NCBI RefSeq assembly: GCF_006345805.1
Contig: NC_042999.1
Location: forward strand, 28,272,001 to 28,336,000
Direction: 5' to 3'
DNA from: Octopus sinensis
Lineage: Eukaryota
DNA length: 64,000 nt
A program made the position numbers and the translations under genes. The notes under the pieces were generated by a model that had not been told where the DNA came from, did no database searches, and worked only from the letters and a program-made list of their open reading frames with translations. Positions 1 through 12,500 of the stretch are shown piece after piece; the stretch's first letter is position 1, and every line of letters begins with the position of its first letter.

Positions 1-227
1 TCATCACTAAAAATATGCCACGAAAGAATATTATACATTTATTTATTTTTTTCGTGGATATACTATGTTTGTTTCTTAAAAATATGCTAATATATTTAGC
101 TAAAACGAGAGAAAAAAAAAGATTCTCCTTAATGGATATTAAAACCTTCTGGCTTACCATTATATTTAAGGTGTTCAAACAAAACAAAACAAAACAAAAT
201 CAAAAGCAAAAACAACAGATTAACAAA

Positions 228-470
228 ATGGAGCGTTAGGCACAAAATGTGCTGTGGTGTTTATCAACATTGTAGCATGATTCTGATTTCAAATCCCACA
301 TATGTCAACTTTGGTTTTCATCCTTCCCAGGTAAAAAAAGCAAAGTATCATAATATAATGACCCACTTTGTCCCACATGTCACTTCGCAAGGCGTGATAG
401 TGTGATTTTGAAGAAATCAGGCTGCTATCTCTCAAAGGTCAAGTGACTATGTAGAGGTTTGTTGCTTGAT
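228..470 (+). mobile_element. Degenerate SINE (family C-like head/core, different 3' part)
   Basis: Diverged match to family C (ctgatttcaaatcccac..gtcaactttggttttcatccttcc) followed by ggctgctatctc motif seen in other repeats of the window. Confidence 0.45.
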
Positions 471-539
471 GCGACAGAGCAGGTCTTTGGTATATATAAA
501 ACCGTCATTGTGGTAGTGATGATGGGAAATACATAGTAA

Positions 540-1420
540 CAAGAGAGAGAGAGAGAGGGAGGGAGGGAGAGAGAGTAAGTGATTAGGACAAGAGACAGAT
601 AGATAGACTGTATGGGATTAAAAAAGAGAAATCTAGAAAATAATCTTCCTGTTCATTTTCCCGTTCTATTTTAGTTAGTTAGAGAGGTGGAGTAAAAGTG
701 AGAGAGAAAGAAATGGAAGAGTGCGAAAAGAGATGAAAGTGAGGAAGAGGTAGAGGAAAGATGTATAAGACCAAATGCGTTACGTGTTTAGTTGAAAGGA
801 GAAGTGAAGAGCGAGAAAGAAAGCGAGTGAGAGGAAAGAAGGGGAGAGGGAATAAAGAAAGAGCGAAGTGTTACCGACGTGCTGTAGGATGGAGAGGGAA
901 AGGTAAAGAGAAAGCGATATGTTTAGGATACAATATTTAGTTGGGGGTGATGTTCTGGTGATGAGGTTAAATAAAGGCAAATAGAGAGACATAAGAAGAG
1001 GTGGCAAATAGTGTGTATATTGTCAAAGTAGAGATCATCGACTGTAAGGAAAAGTAGATGTATACAAACAGCTGGACTAAAATGAAATGAGCTTTGTAGC
1101 TGAAAACTATAGAGATGACGATAGTGGTGGTGGTGTGTTGCTAGTGAAAAGTTTTTTTATTGAACTAAGCGTATAATAGTATTCTTCTATAGGTTCGTTC
1201 ACAACCTACGCTTTAATTTTTTTAGAGAGGAGGATGTGGAGTGGTAGAGAGAAAGAGGGAATGTGAGAGTGAGTGAGAGAGGAAGATGGAAAGTGTGAAT
1301 AAATGAGAGAGGAAGAGAGAATGTGCGAGTGAGCGAGAGAGCAAATAGCCAACCGGAACTTTATATTGTCACTTAGTGGTCAATGGAAGTGAGAAATGAA
1401 GAGAAAGAGAGAAATATAAA
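540..1420 (+). repeat. GA-rich polypurine low-complexity tract
   Basis: (GA)n and degenerate purine runs on + strand. Confidence 0.6.
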
Positions 1421-3220
1421 ATGCTTAGCTGAGGGGAATTTTAAACGCATATAATATATTTTGTAACTGGAAGTGGAACATCTAAGCAAAATAGAAATAA
1501 AAATTCATATGATCTTTTCTTCTCTTAATTTATTTTTTTCTGTGAAATTTCCACTATATAGAGGAGGACTAATAATTATGCCAAGTTTCGTTTATCTCTG
1601 TCCTTGCGAAGTAGACCAGGGGAAATTTTGCTTATTACATCCTCGTAGCTAGATGTAATAATGCGTTGGGTAAAAACAAAACAAATATTGATTTAATTAA
1701 TTCATGAAGTAAAGGGAAAAAATACAGACTTTAGAATTTTCTATGACTTCATTAGCGAGACAAAGATTTTACTTTGTTTAATAAAGTATTTATGTGGGCA
1801 GAGTAATTGGCTTTACAAGAACGTATGTAAGTTATACAGAACTGGTCAAGTTGAAATAATATTTCACGACTGTTCCACGCTGCTTAGACGATTGCTTTCA
1901 TTAATCGAGCAAACCTAGGATCTGCAAATGTAATCATTCCATCTTTTTGCCAATCTGGGAATGGATTTCAATGTGCTTTTTTCACTTTTTTTTTGAAATT
2001 GTTACCGAATAATTAGAAGATTTCATAGTAATTTCTAGAAACTTTGACGACCTCATAGTAAAATATCAGTTACTAGCGATCTCAGTATCGCTGTTTTGAA
2101 GAGATCATTGTTATTTCTCGTTTATTTGATAAGATTAGCGGCACACAGTTGGAAAGCGGTTGATAATAATTAACATCAAGTAGGCCCTGATCAATCTTAA
2201 CCGTAATGTAAGACATTTCATCAATTATTATACTGTCTTTGCATAATTATGACAAGAATGTCTAAAATGTTTTTTGTTTATTATGATAGTGCTTAAGTAA
2301 TAATAACAGTAGAGAAATGTGCTGTAATTCTTATTTCGCCTCATTTCAGTAACAATCAATTGTATCTCTATCTTCTAGACGTGGCCATTTCGTTAAATTT
2401 TCAAACGTAGTGTATCTAAGACTACAATATTTAACACATTTTTTCCTTTTTAATTTGGCAGCAAAAGATTCATGACATTGCAACGATGTTTAAAATTCTA
2501 AGGAATATGGAGATTCTAGGGTCTATTTACAAAATTCCTGCCATAGATTTCCACATGGACCATCTCTTGAAGGTCAATGTTCAAATAAAACCTTCTAAGA
2601 GAGCTGAGGTTTCAAAAATGAATCTGTCTTTTTAAATCACTAACCGCACAGAGACACCTTTTCATTTTCTTTCATCTCATTTTCGAATAAGCAAAATATA
2701 TTTTAATAACCCTCCTCAATAAGTCAACGAAATTGTCATAATATTTTCACGTGAGAATGCAAAAAGGCTTTTCCCGTTGGCTACCTTCGGATGTTTTGTT
2801 TTTAACAAGACACCAACTTCTTAGCTAAATCAACTGAAATGATTGGAAGCATTTGCCTACAAAAGGAAAGCACAATGAAATGCATTTCTAGATACGAAAA
2901 AAGATGAAATGATCACAAGCGGAGAGCGTTTGATCATAGATCTGCTCGATTTACGAAGGCAATCGTCAAAACAACGTCGAAACAATCGTGAGCTATTATT
3001 TCAACATGACTGGATCTATATTTCAAAAGCAATCTGCAGTAGTGGAAAGGTACTTTATTTATCAAGTTAGTGAAAGGCTATGTTGACGTCAGTATCAGTT
3101 GAACACGGGGCTTCTTCCATCAAACAGAGATATGCTCAAAAGTACCATTCTTGACGTGTCAATGCAGCTTTCTTATCAAACTAGTCTTAATTTTCAAACA
3201 GTAGTACGATATAATGTGAC

Positions 3221-3524
3221 GGAGGAGCAATGGCCCAGTGGTTAGGGCAGCGGACTCGCGGTCGTAGGATCGCGGTTTCGATTCCCAGACCGGGCGTTGT
3301 GAGTGTTTATTGAGCGAAAACACCTAAAGCTCCATGAGGCTCCGGCAGGGGATGGTGGTGATCCCTGCTGTACTCTTTCACCACAACCTTCACTCACTCT
3401 TACTTCCTGTTTCTGTTGTACCTGTATTTCAAGGGACCGGCCTTGTCACTCTCTGTGTCACGCTGAATATCCCCGAGAACTACGTTAAGGGTACACGTGT
3501 CTGCGGAGTGCTCAGCCACTTACA
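3221..3524 (+). mobile_element. tRNA-derived SINE family A, 3'-truncated
   Basis: A box tggcccagtgg and B box ggtttcgattccc; near-identical to five other copies in window; similarity stops after agccacttaca. Confidence 0.9.
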
Positions 3525-3559
3525 TCATGCGTGTTTAAGGCGGTTGTGTGTTCACATGT

Positions 3560-3825
3560 GTATGTGTTTGCAAGTAGGCATACACGTGTATGTGTTTATA
3601 TCCGACTATTTAGATAAATGCTTGCATATGCGTGCATATGTTTCTCTGTATGTGTGATTACATATGTATATATACACACGTGAATGTTGGTATATGTATT
3701 TAGATAATTGAGTTCATGTGGTCTGTTCGCATGTTTCTGTGTGTGTCTGCATGTGTATGTGAGTATATATGGATTTGTATAAATATATGTGCGTGTGTGT
3801 TTGTGTGTATATATGTGTTTATGTG

Positions 3826-3886
<61 letters not shown>

Positions 3887-3888
3887 CG

Positions 3889-3965
<77 letters not shown>
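3560..3965. repeat. (TA)n/(TG)n compound microsatellite
   Basis: Direct reading; explains the YI/HT/CV-repeat ORFs at 3596-4075. Confidence 0.95.
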
Positions 3966-3968
<3 letters not shown>

Positions 3969-4668
3969 AGCAGCCACAATGCAGTGAAAGCTATTTTGAA
4001 AGGATTGATTTCTTTTCGTCTTGTTCATTGTTGTTCGTTGTTAGACTAATGATACAGACCTATGATATAAGATAATCCAACGGTGATCAGAATCTCAGTA
4101 CTTCCTTGGAATATAATATCTGTGTCGATATTATACGATGTAACATTTTTTTTAAAAGATAAGAGTTATATTAGGCTTCTACATCCAACATGTAGATTCA
4201 CCACACGGAAGCCCTGTGAGATGGAGAGGTCAAGGTAGGACTGGCATATTTTCAAATAGCTGTTATAAATGAGTTAGCTTATACCTCAAGGCTACAGCTT
4301 ATTCTTGAAAGCTTCAATATCCCCCATATTTCTTTATTGACAATTTGAACTGTTTCTTTCGAAGGAACATAAAATATTAATGTGTTCTTCAAAGAAAACA
4401 GAGGTGGATATGGAAATTTACAAAAACTAAAAAGGGGAAAAAAAACGAAGGTGAGAAAGTGTTCCTAAAGTAAAAATTGTTTGCTTCATAAACCTAAACA
4501 AGATCGTAAGGATGTAAATCTAATCACACAAAAAATCTAATCACACAATGTAAATCTAATCACACAAAAAATCCTTTCTACTGAAGGTACAAGGCCTAAA
4601 GTTTTTGAAGGATGAGGTGGTGGTTGTGATGGTGGTGGTGGTGGTGGTGGTGATGGGGTGGTGGGCTA

Positions 4669-4743
4669 GGTGATACATCGATCCCAGTACACGATTGGTA
4701 TTTATTTCATCGACCTTGAAAGAATGACAGGAAAGTCGACCTA
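4669..4743 (-). mobile_element. SINE family C core fragment
   Basis: Reverse complement matches gtcgactttgcctttcatcc...gtcgataaa..aagtacc..ctggggtcgat. Confidence 0.6.
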
Positions 4744-4979
4744 ATGATAATAATAATCGTTTATTAACTCGCAACGAGGACTGTAGATAGTGGATTAACC
4801 AGAGGCTACATAAATAAAGGGGAGGTTTACACAGAATCGAATGTGAAGAACAAAGAATAGGTATAAGACACAACAGCTTGAAAGGAATTTTGAATCTCAC
4901 TGAACTAGGATTGCCCTGACTGTCAAGCTTATGCACCTTCACTCAGGTGTGCTCTCATACCTTTATACTAGGGGCCATA

Positions 4980-5217
4980 GTGAAGGCGGTGAGCTGACAG
5001 TAACGGTAGTACGCCGGGCGAAATGCGAAGCCGTATTTCGTTTGCCGTTACGTTCTGAGTTCAAATTCCGCCGAAGTCGACTTTGCCTTTCATCCTTTCG
5101 GGGTCGATAAATTAAGTACCAGTTACGCACTGGGGTCGATGGAATCGACCTAATCGCTTTGTCTGTCCTTGTTTGTCCTCTCTGTGTTTAGCCCCTTGTG
5201 GGTAGTAAAGAAATATA
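4980..5217 (+). mobile_element. tRNA-derived SINE family C, full length
   Basis: B box gagttcaaattcc; 16-bp TSD tatactaggggccata at 4964-4979 and 5218-5233; copies at 41478, 43989, 60871. Confidence 0.92.
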
Positions 5218-5289
5218 TATACTAGGGGCCATACTTATTACTTATCATTTTTATGACTCTTCAATAATTTATAACGTTCTATCTTATCC

Positions 5290-5630
5290 ACATTCACCGA
5301 TCTCCCAAGGGATGAGGGGCTGGCCAAAGAGGAAGTGTGATACTCATTTCATTTAATTATGATTACCTTACAAGCTATTTCGATTTAATCACCAGCTATA
5401 GGAAAGCTTATTGATCTACCCGATCAAAGGAGGGTAGCGGGATACGGCTAATAAACGGATCTGTGCCATACTATACGACAAAAGTTGTTCAACATAACCC
5501 CACAAGTACTCAATGTTCATACACTGAAAGACAGCGTCAGAAGAGCTTCGTCGCTCTGCGGGAATCTTACAGTCGTTCAGTTGAGAAATATCAATGCCTG
5601 CAGATTTCATCTCCAAATGGCACTACTTGA
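5290..5630 (-). pseudogene. Decayed RTE-like LINE 3' coding fragment
   Basis: Minus translation LEMKS..IDISQLND..ERRSSSDAVFQCMNIE.LWGYV..LLSY and GQP..PWE resembles the RTE C-terminal FEMxCxRxxxxISWxDxxxN / GRPxxRW pattern (by eye). Confidence 0.35.
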
Positions 5631-5654
5631 TAGGGAGTTATAGAAGTTCTTCAT

Positions 5655-6031
5655 GGGTGGAAGCACTCCGTCGGTTACGACGACGAGGGTTCCGGTTGAT
5701 CCGAATCAACGGAACAGCCTGCTCGTGAAATTAACGTGTAAGTGGCTGAACACTCCGCAGACATGTGTACCCTTAACGTAGTTCTCGGGGATATTCAGCG
5801 TGACACAAGGCCGGCCTTTTGAAATACAGGTACAACAGAAACAGGAAGTAAGAGTGAGAGAAAGTTGTGGTGAAAGAGTACAGCAGGGATCACCACCATC
5901 CCCTGCCGGAGCCTCGTGGAGCATTTAGGTGTTTCCGCTCAATAAACACTCACAACGCCCGGTCTGGGAATCGAAACCGCGATCCTATGACCGCGAGTCC
6001 GCTGCCCTAACCACTGGGCCATTGCGCCTCC
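5655..6031 (-). mobile_element. SINE family A, full length
   Basis: Full match to family A; 13-bp TSD agaagttcttcat at 5642-5654 and 6032-6044. Confidence 0.93.
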
Positions 6032-6318
6032 AGAAGTTCTTCATAGTCCCCAACTGAAACGTCTTCGAAATAAAACTATTTACTTAATCTACGTACACCT
6101 AGTATTCCGCTGAGAATGTTACTGTGGGCGTAGGAGTGGCTGAGTGGTAAGTAGCTTGCTTACCAACCACATGGTTCCGGGTTCAGTCCAACTGCGTGGC
6201 CCCTTGGGCAAGTGTCTTGTACCATAGCCTCGGGCCGACCAAAGCCTTGTGAGTGGATTTGGTAGACGTAAACTGAAAGAAGTCCGTCGCATATGTATGT
6301 ATGTATATATATATATAT

Positions 6319-6530
6319 TCAACATGTGACCTCGTGAGCACCGCCAGCAATTTTTTTCCCTCCGTCTTCCCTTCTCGGGATCTTTCCTTCTCCCTTGTTT
6401 CCGACGAAGAGCTCCCCTCGAAACGTTAAACCCTCCTTCTTCCCTTCTTTTCTGGGCGTCCAATAATACTTTATTTGTTCCACGTCCTCGCGTTGCTGTG
6501 TTTTTTTTGTGTTTTCTTGTTTGGATTAAC
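6319..6530 (+). mobile_element. Penelope-like terminal-repeat fragment nested in the TA tract of SINE B
   Basis: ~210-bp pyrimidine-rich block absent from other B copies; carries a hammerhead-like motif at 6397-6431. Confidence 0.55.
6397..6431 (+). ncRNA. Minimal hammerhead ribozyme motif (core CCGACGA, partly degenerate stem II)
   Basis: gttt-CCGACGA-a-gagc/tcc/cctc-GAAA-CG-U-U-aaac; stem I gttt/aaac, palindromic stem III ACGU. Confidence 0.6.
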
Positions 6531-6535
6531 TATAT

Positions 6536-6618
<83 letters not shown>

Positions 6619-7120
6619 GTGTGTGTATATGTTTGTGACTTTGTGTTTGTACCCCCAACATCGCAAGACAACCGATGATGGTGTGTTTACGTCCCCGTAA
6701 CTTAGCGGTTCGGCAAAAGACACCGATAGAATAAGTACTAGGCTTACAAAGACTACGTCCTGGGGTCTATTTGCTCGACTAAAGGCGGTGCTCCAGCATG
6801 TCCACTGTCAAATGACTGAAATAAGTAGAAGAGTAAAGAGTACTTGCTCATACATCACGAAAAAAGGCACGACAGCATGATGGATATAACATCGGAGACG
6901 ATGTCGTCCGTGTCTTACGCAACGGTTTTTATATTTCCCATTTCGAATGGGGTGCCCCTCATGAATCTTTGCTTCTGTAGCAACGAATGAAGAGCCAAAA
7001 CATGTAAGAGCAATGCGTGCGGGTGTCTTTGATACCACAGGCATTATATTCTAAGAGGCACTGAGGAACAATTTAATATATACAGTTATATTAGAACTCT
7101 GTGGGGTTTAAAGGACACAG

Positions 7121-7289
7121 AGTTATATCGACTGCGAAGTATTGATTAATAATATGGTTTGTCGTCTCAAGACGGAAGAAAGGCAAAGATGACCTCACAG
7201 TGATGCGAACTCAGAAGTTTAAAGCGTTGGACATAAGCTGCTAAGGTAATTCGTCTAACTCCACCGATTTTGTTAACACATCGCCTCCA
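7121..7289 (-). mobile_element. Degenerate SINE family C-like copy
   Basis: gaaaggcaaagatgacctc..gcgaactcagaa is the reverse complement of the C core/B box; ends acatcgcctcc. Confidence 0.5.
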
Positions 7290-7877
7290 GCAATTAATGT
7301 AATAATTAATATTCATACAAGGAATTAAATACAATTATCATAAATAATTTCCAACCCATAATTCCGATATTAAATTACTCATAAGCGACAATGATTCCAT
7401 GTCTTTGCTTAATGCTTGTAATTATTTAACATTATTCATAAACGACGACTTCCTCTATGCGTCGCCATGTCTGCTATCCTTCTACGTTACACTTTCTAAA
7501 GCAGTACAGAATATTATCAAATTATCACAGTTATTTCAAGTTATGAATACTAATTTACTTCCAAATTGAAGGGAAGTATTATAGATATCACATATTCAAA
7601 TGCATGCTTTTGGCAAAGTGTAGACTAAAATGTGTGGGATGAAAAAATTAAATAATGTGTGGTATAAATTTCCTTTTTAATAAAACTCAGCAATATTATA
7701 TTATTAAAAACCTAGTGCAGTAATAATTGGAGTACTAGATCTTGGTTCATTCACTCCTAGGGGCTGCTAAAGAATCGAAAGTCTCTTTCAAAATGAATGC
7801 TCATATATACATATATAAATAATTATATATATATATATCTATTTAAATATATATAATAACGTTTTGTGTGTGCATGT

Positions 7878-7925
<48 letters not shown>

Positions 7926-7993
7926 TATATATATATAGATATATATATATATATGTAAATAGAGTTGAACGCAGGTGTTATTTAAATTCTTTT

Positions 7994-8082
7994 ACTTCCG
8001 ACACATGTTTCGAAGATATCACTGATAAAATTCCAAAGGAATAAAATGGTGTAGAACAATGTAATCTTCTCTTCAGAGAAAT
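7994..8082 (-). ncRNA. Type-I hammerhead ribozyme motif, intact core
   Basis: Minus strand: atttct-CTGAAGA-gaagat[46-nt loop]atcttc-GAAACATGTGT-C-ggaagt; GUC triplet; stem I with G-U pairs. Confidence 0.7.
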
Positions 8083-8314
8083 GAGGAAATTATATTCTAC
8101 TTTTAAAAACAAGGAGTGACACCCTTCACCCTTTTTACCTGTGTGACTTTTTGTTACCCTGGTAACTATTTATCTATTTTCCCCTGTTAACTATTAACAA
8201 GGGAAAAATACACACATCTATGTATAGATGTATGTATGTATCTCTCTCTCTCTCTTTCTCTCTCTCTCTATATATATATATACATACATACACACATGCA
8301 TACATAAATAATGC

Positions 8315-8353
<39 letters not shown>

Positions 8354-8442
8354 ATATATATATATATACCAGAAAAAGAAAATGATATATATTCATCAAT
8401 TTATTTGAACAAATTATATTCAGTATAACACCAAATTTCTAC

Positions 8443-8551
8443 ACCTACAGCTGTTTCTATACCCAATTATTTCAATTTGAGGAATTAAATTAAATGAAAT
8501 TAATGTCTATTTTCATACTAAATATCGTAAATAGAGTATCACGTCAGGGGA
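8443..8551 (-). ncRNA. Degenerate hammerhead motif (core CUGACGU)
   Basis: Minus strand: ccc-CTGACGT-gatactc...gggtata-GAAACAGCTGT-A-ggt; A9 mutated and stem I weak. Confidence 0.4.
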
Positions 8552-9764
8552 GAGAATTTGATAGGAAGAAGCTACGTTCTAACATGTATGTTGACCTCTG
8601 ATAGACTCAGATATGTTTTAGCAGTAGGTGTATTTAAAAAACCATTACTATTCTTATGTATTTGTGCGTGTGTGTGTGTTAAAGTGTTGAAGCTACGAAC
8701 AGAAGATGAATGAAAACCGCTTACTAATTACCACAGTTGAATATTACGTCATCAATATTAGTGAACAATAGTGAGAAAAGAAATGAACTAATCGAAGAAA
8801 ACTATATGTATATATATATATATATTATGTCCTGTACTCTATTGTTTCGTTGTTTAAGAAAAATGTCCATTTCCTTGGTTTTGTGTTTATGTTTTCGTTT
8901 CTCATTGTGTTCGACGTTTTTTGTGTGTCCTGTACCCATATATGCATGCATATATACATGTAGATGTAGGCACGTACATATATGTATGTATATATGCATA
9001 TGTCTTATTTATTAATTTGTTATTATATGACGGAACGCACGCATCCATTTCTAAGTAAGTTTGTTCTTAATCTATATATATGTATATATATATATATAAG
9101 TAATTACATCAAGAACATCAAATACTCTTAAAAGGATAATATCATCCAAGTTACACGGATTTTCTTTTGTGTTTGGTCAGTAAATTTTAGTTTCTATTTT
9201 ATTCTATCAAGAAATCAAAGGAAATTACTACCATTTCCTACAAATATTGCTTTTGTGACCTGGACATCAAAGTTTTAAAACTGATCTATTTTCCATTACA
9301 TTTCCCATACGACAGTTTTGCTTGTCAGTTGCTTGGCCTTAACCACCTGAGCATGTCCCTAAATGGTTGGCAATATGTGTATGTCAGCTGATGAGCAAGA
9401 GTAGTTGGGGAGCATCATAACCATGTGTTGAGGAGGATACTTTGGGGTTTTGAACAATTATAACAAAAGCAGAGTTTGAAGGAAATATTAGCTATTTTCA
9501 TACTTTCTAGGGGTAAGCAACTAAGAAATAAGTGCAAATACTGATGAGCCGTAAGAATATGTGTTTAGTGTCTAGTAGTGTTAAGGTACTCTATGCAATT
9601 TAATATTTCGGTATGTAGGGTATATCAGTAAATCATGAAGCCATTTGGGCAATATGCGTGTTGTACTTTGCAGTATCTACTGTAGGTTTCGTATACGACT
9701 ATATTCTGTGGTTACTCTACGTCACATGCGCAAAATACCAAGAAGTTATTGTATTATATATTAA

Positions 9765-10073
9765 TATCACCGTGATCACTGTGACCGACCAGGCTATCAG
9801 AGGTTGCTACACATCGCTGGTCACAATGCACTTCGCATTGTTTTAGCCTTCAAATGACGCCACCCTGCTGGCTAAGCGAGCAGGCCAACAGAAGAAAGAG
9901 TGGAAGTTGTGGCCAAAGAGTACAGCAGGGAACGCCACCACCCCATGCCGGAGTCTCGTGGAGCTCTAAGTGTTTTCGCTCAATAAACACTCACAACGAC
10001 CGGTCAGGGAATCGAAATCGCGATCTTACGACCGCGAGTCAGCTGCCCTAACCACTGGGCCATTGCGCCTCCA
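9765..10073 (-). mobile_element. tRNA-derived SINE family A2 (family A head, unrelated 3' half)
   Basis: 5' ~170 nt match family A; 3' half differs (ggctaaaacaatgcgaagtgcattgtgaccagcgatgtgtagcaac...gtgatcacggtgat). Confidence 0.8.
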
Positions 10074-10359
10074 CATTTATTAATATATATATATATCCGT
10101 AGAAGGTAGTAGTCTTTAGATAGATCATTCATTTCGTTTAGGAGCATATTGACACACTTCCATTACAGCAAATTGATGATATAAAATGGGAGATATAAAA
10201 TATTTAATTGTTTGTTTCTTCTTACCTTTCTTATATTTCTTAGCTAATTGATGTGCGTTTTATTTTTCTCCATTTATTAGCCATTCATCCCTTTTTAGAA
10301 TTTCTATGCTTATTCCTGCTTGCAATTGTTCATTGTGGGAGTGTTACCATACTCGTTGT

Positions 10360-10390
<31 letters not shown>

Positions 10391-11834
10391 CACACAGACA
10401 CACACACACAGACACACACACACACAGACACGCACATGTATGTATATATGTACGTATATATGTATATTGACTTCCTTCAAGACAGAAAACTGTTTGCTGT
10501 TTTGTGTTGATTTTGTAGCTATTTATATTAGTTTGACAATATTCTTTACTACACATGATTGCAGGCTGATAATAGATATTTCCAGATCATTTTTAAGAGC
10601 TCTTGCTGCATGTATTCATGGTAAATATAATCTTCTCGCATCGGATTTTGGATGGTGTATTCTAAATGCAGTCGTGTATTTTTATATTTTTCTGCCAAGT
10701 CTGGCATATGATGTTTCCAGTTTTGAATATCATAACGATAATTCATTCCAGCTGAAGTGTGAATGCTTCTTGCTTCATTTCTGACAGTTAGTTAAGTTCC
10801 AAAATTTAATCTTATAAGAATTCCATTTCAATGCTTGTTTTATTTGTGTGCCTTGTTCAGAAGTTTTTAAGTATTTATAAGTCTGTGTTTGCCTTCGATA
10901 AACATTGTTCCTGTACTAAAAATTAATATTCTCTCGACTCTGGGCTCCATATTTCTTCTAGTGAGTGTGAGACAGTATGTCTAACGTCTTTTAAGTTTCG
11001 AGTTCAAATTCATGTACGAGTTGAAGGACATATAAAATGCTATTTTTAAAGATGAATCAGCTACAAAAAGGCAGGCTCGCAGAAGAATGTTTTTGTTGTT
11101 CCTGCTGTTGCTAGTTTAAGGCCAGTTAAACAAAGTATATTTGACCAATGGCACTTATGACTGTCTTGTAACTCGTCAGGCAGCATTCTATATTTAATTA
11201 TTTAATGTATCTGTATAAACTTTGAAAAAATAGCAATATCGCTGGTACTTCTAGCAGATTCATTGAAAACACTCGAAAGACAAAGATATAGTTAATTTGA
11301 TCCAGTCTCCTATAACTGTTTCCTAATAATTTATAGTTTATGGGTATCTAGAACTAATGGACTGATATAAATACTAGTGTAGGATGAAAAATTGGTAAAA
11401 TCATGAGCAAAATGGCGGTGGATTTCTAAACATAGGAGAAGGATAAGGGAAATGTTTGGCAGATTTAATTACGGCAATATACGTTATGGTCTCATGTCTC
11501 TCCAAAGTTGACTTAGCATTTGATCTCCGGTAACTGAATGTAGCAGAGTCTCAAGAAGAATGTCAGGCCTTGGGCTTACTTATTTGTCTTTGTCTATATA
11601 TATATTCACATTGATTCCATCAACTAAATAGAGGAAGAATTCGAGAATGATGGAATAAAACATGCACAAAACAATTGTTATCAGAAATTGATATTTCAAA
11701 ATTTACTGACCTCGTGTAGTAGCAAGGGTTTGAGAAGAGAGAAGAAAGTGAAAGAAAGAGAGAGAGAGAGGGGAGGGGGGAGAGTGAGAAAGAAAGTGAA
11801 AATAAGCAAATATTTCAACAGAGGGAGGAAAATG

Positions 11835-11950
11835 TGATCACTACACACACACACACACACACACAACACACACACATAACATATATATATATATATTATA
11901 TATATATATATATATATATGTGTGTATGTATATATATATATATATATATC

Positions 11951-11983
<33 letters not shown>

Positions 11984-11989
11984 ATATAT

Positions 11990-12032
<43 letters not shown>

Positions 12033-12101
12033 TTATATATATATATATATATTATTTGTCCACGCATACGTTTATGTATATATATATATATACATATATA
12101 C

Positions 12102-12196
<95 letters not shown>
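11835..12196. repeat. (CA)n-(TA)n-(GA)n compound microsatellite
   Basis: Direct reading. Confidence 0.95.
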
Positions 12197-12198
<2 letters not shown>

Positions 12199-12500
12199 AC
12201 ATCATTATTTTTGTGAACACATGGCCGTTTTCTAATTTCCGTTCAAAATATTGTTTGTTATTCTCCCTTGACTAGACAAAGTGTCCGAAGGGTATTTTAC
12301 CAGAAGTAGAATGGAAAGGGTGTCCTTGATGCCTTTTATAACCACATTAATGGTGTTAACATAATGAAATAGTTTCAGTAGGAGATATAAACCACAGCTT
12401 ATAGAATGCATTGCAGCTCAGCTATTATATAAGATTTTATAGTACATATACTTGCAAGTAATATTTACTACGTGTGCATTAGCACGAATAATATGATATA

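Larger units (their letters stand above)
6127..6842 (+). mobile_element. CORE-type tRNA SINE family B with internal microsatellite and nested insert
   Basis: A box tggctgagtgg, B-box-like gggttcagtcc, CORE-like ccttgggcaagtgtctt, (TA)n spacer, 3' half ending ggcggtgctccagcatg..aaatgactgaaa..gagtaaagag. Confidence 0.9.

Noticed and set aside
3221-3295. tRNA-like heads as tRNA genes
   Set aside because: Each is fused to a SINE body and lacks a proper acceptor stem; these are SINE heads
6840-7060. Possible RTE fragment on the minus strand (LTCFG..GRHRLR)
   Set aside because: Similarity too weak by eye and order inconsistent with the 5290-5630 fragment
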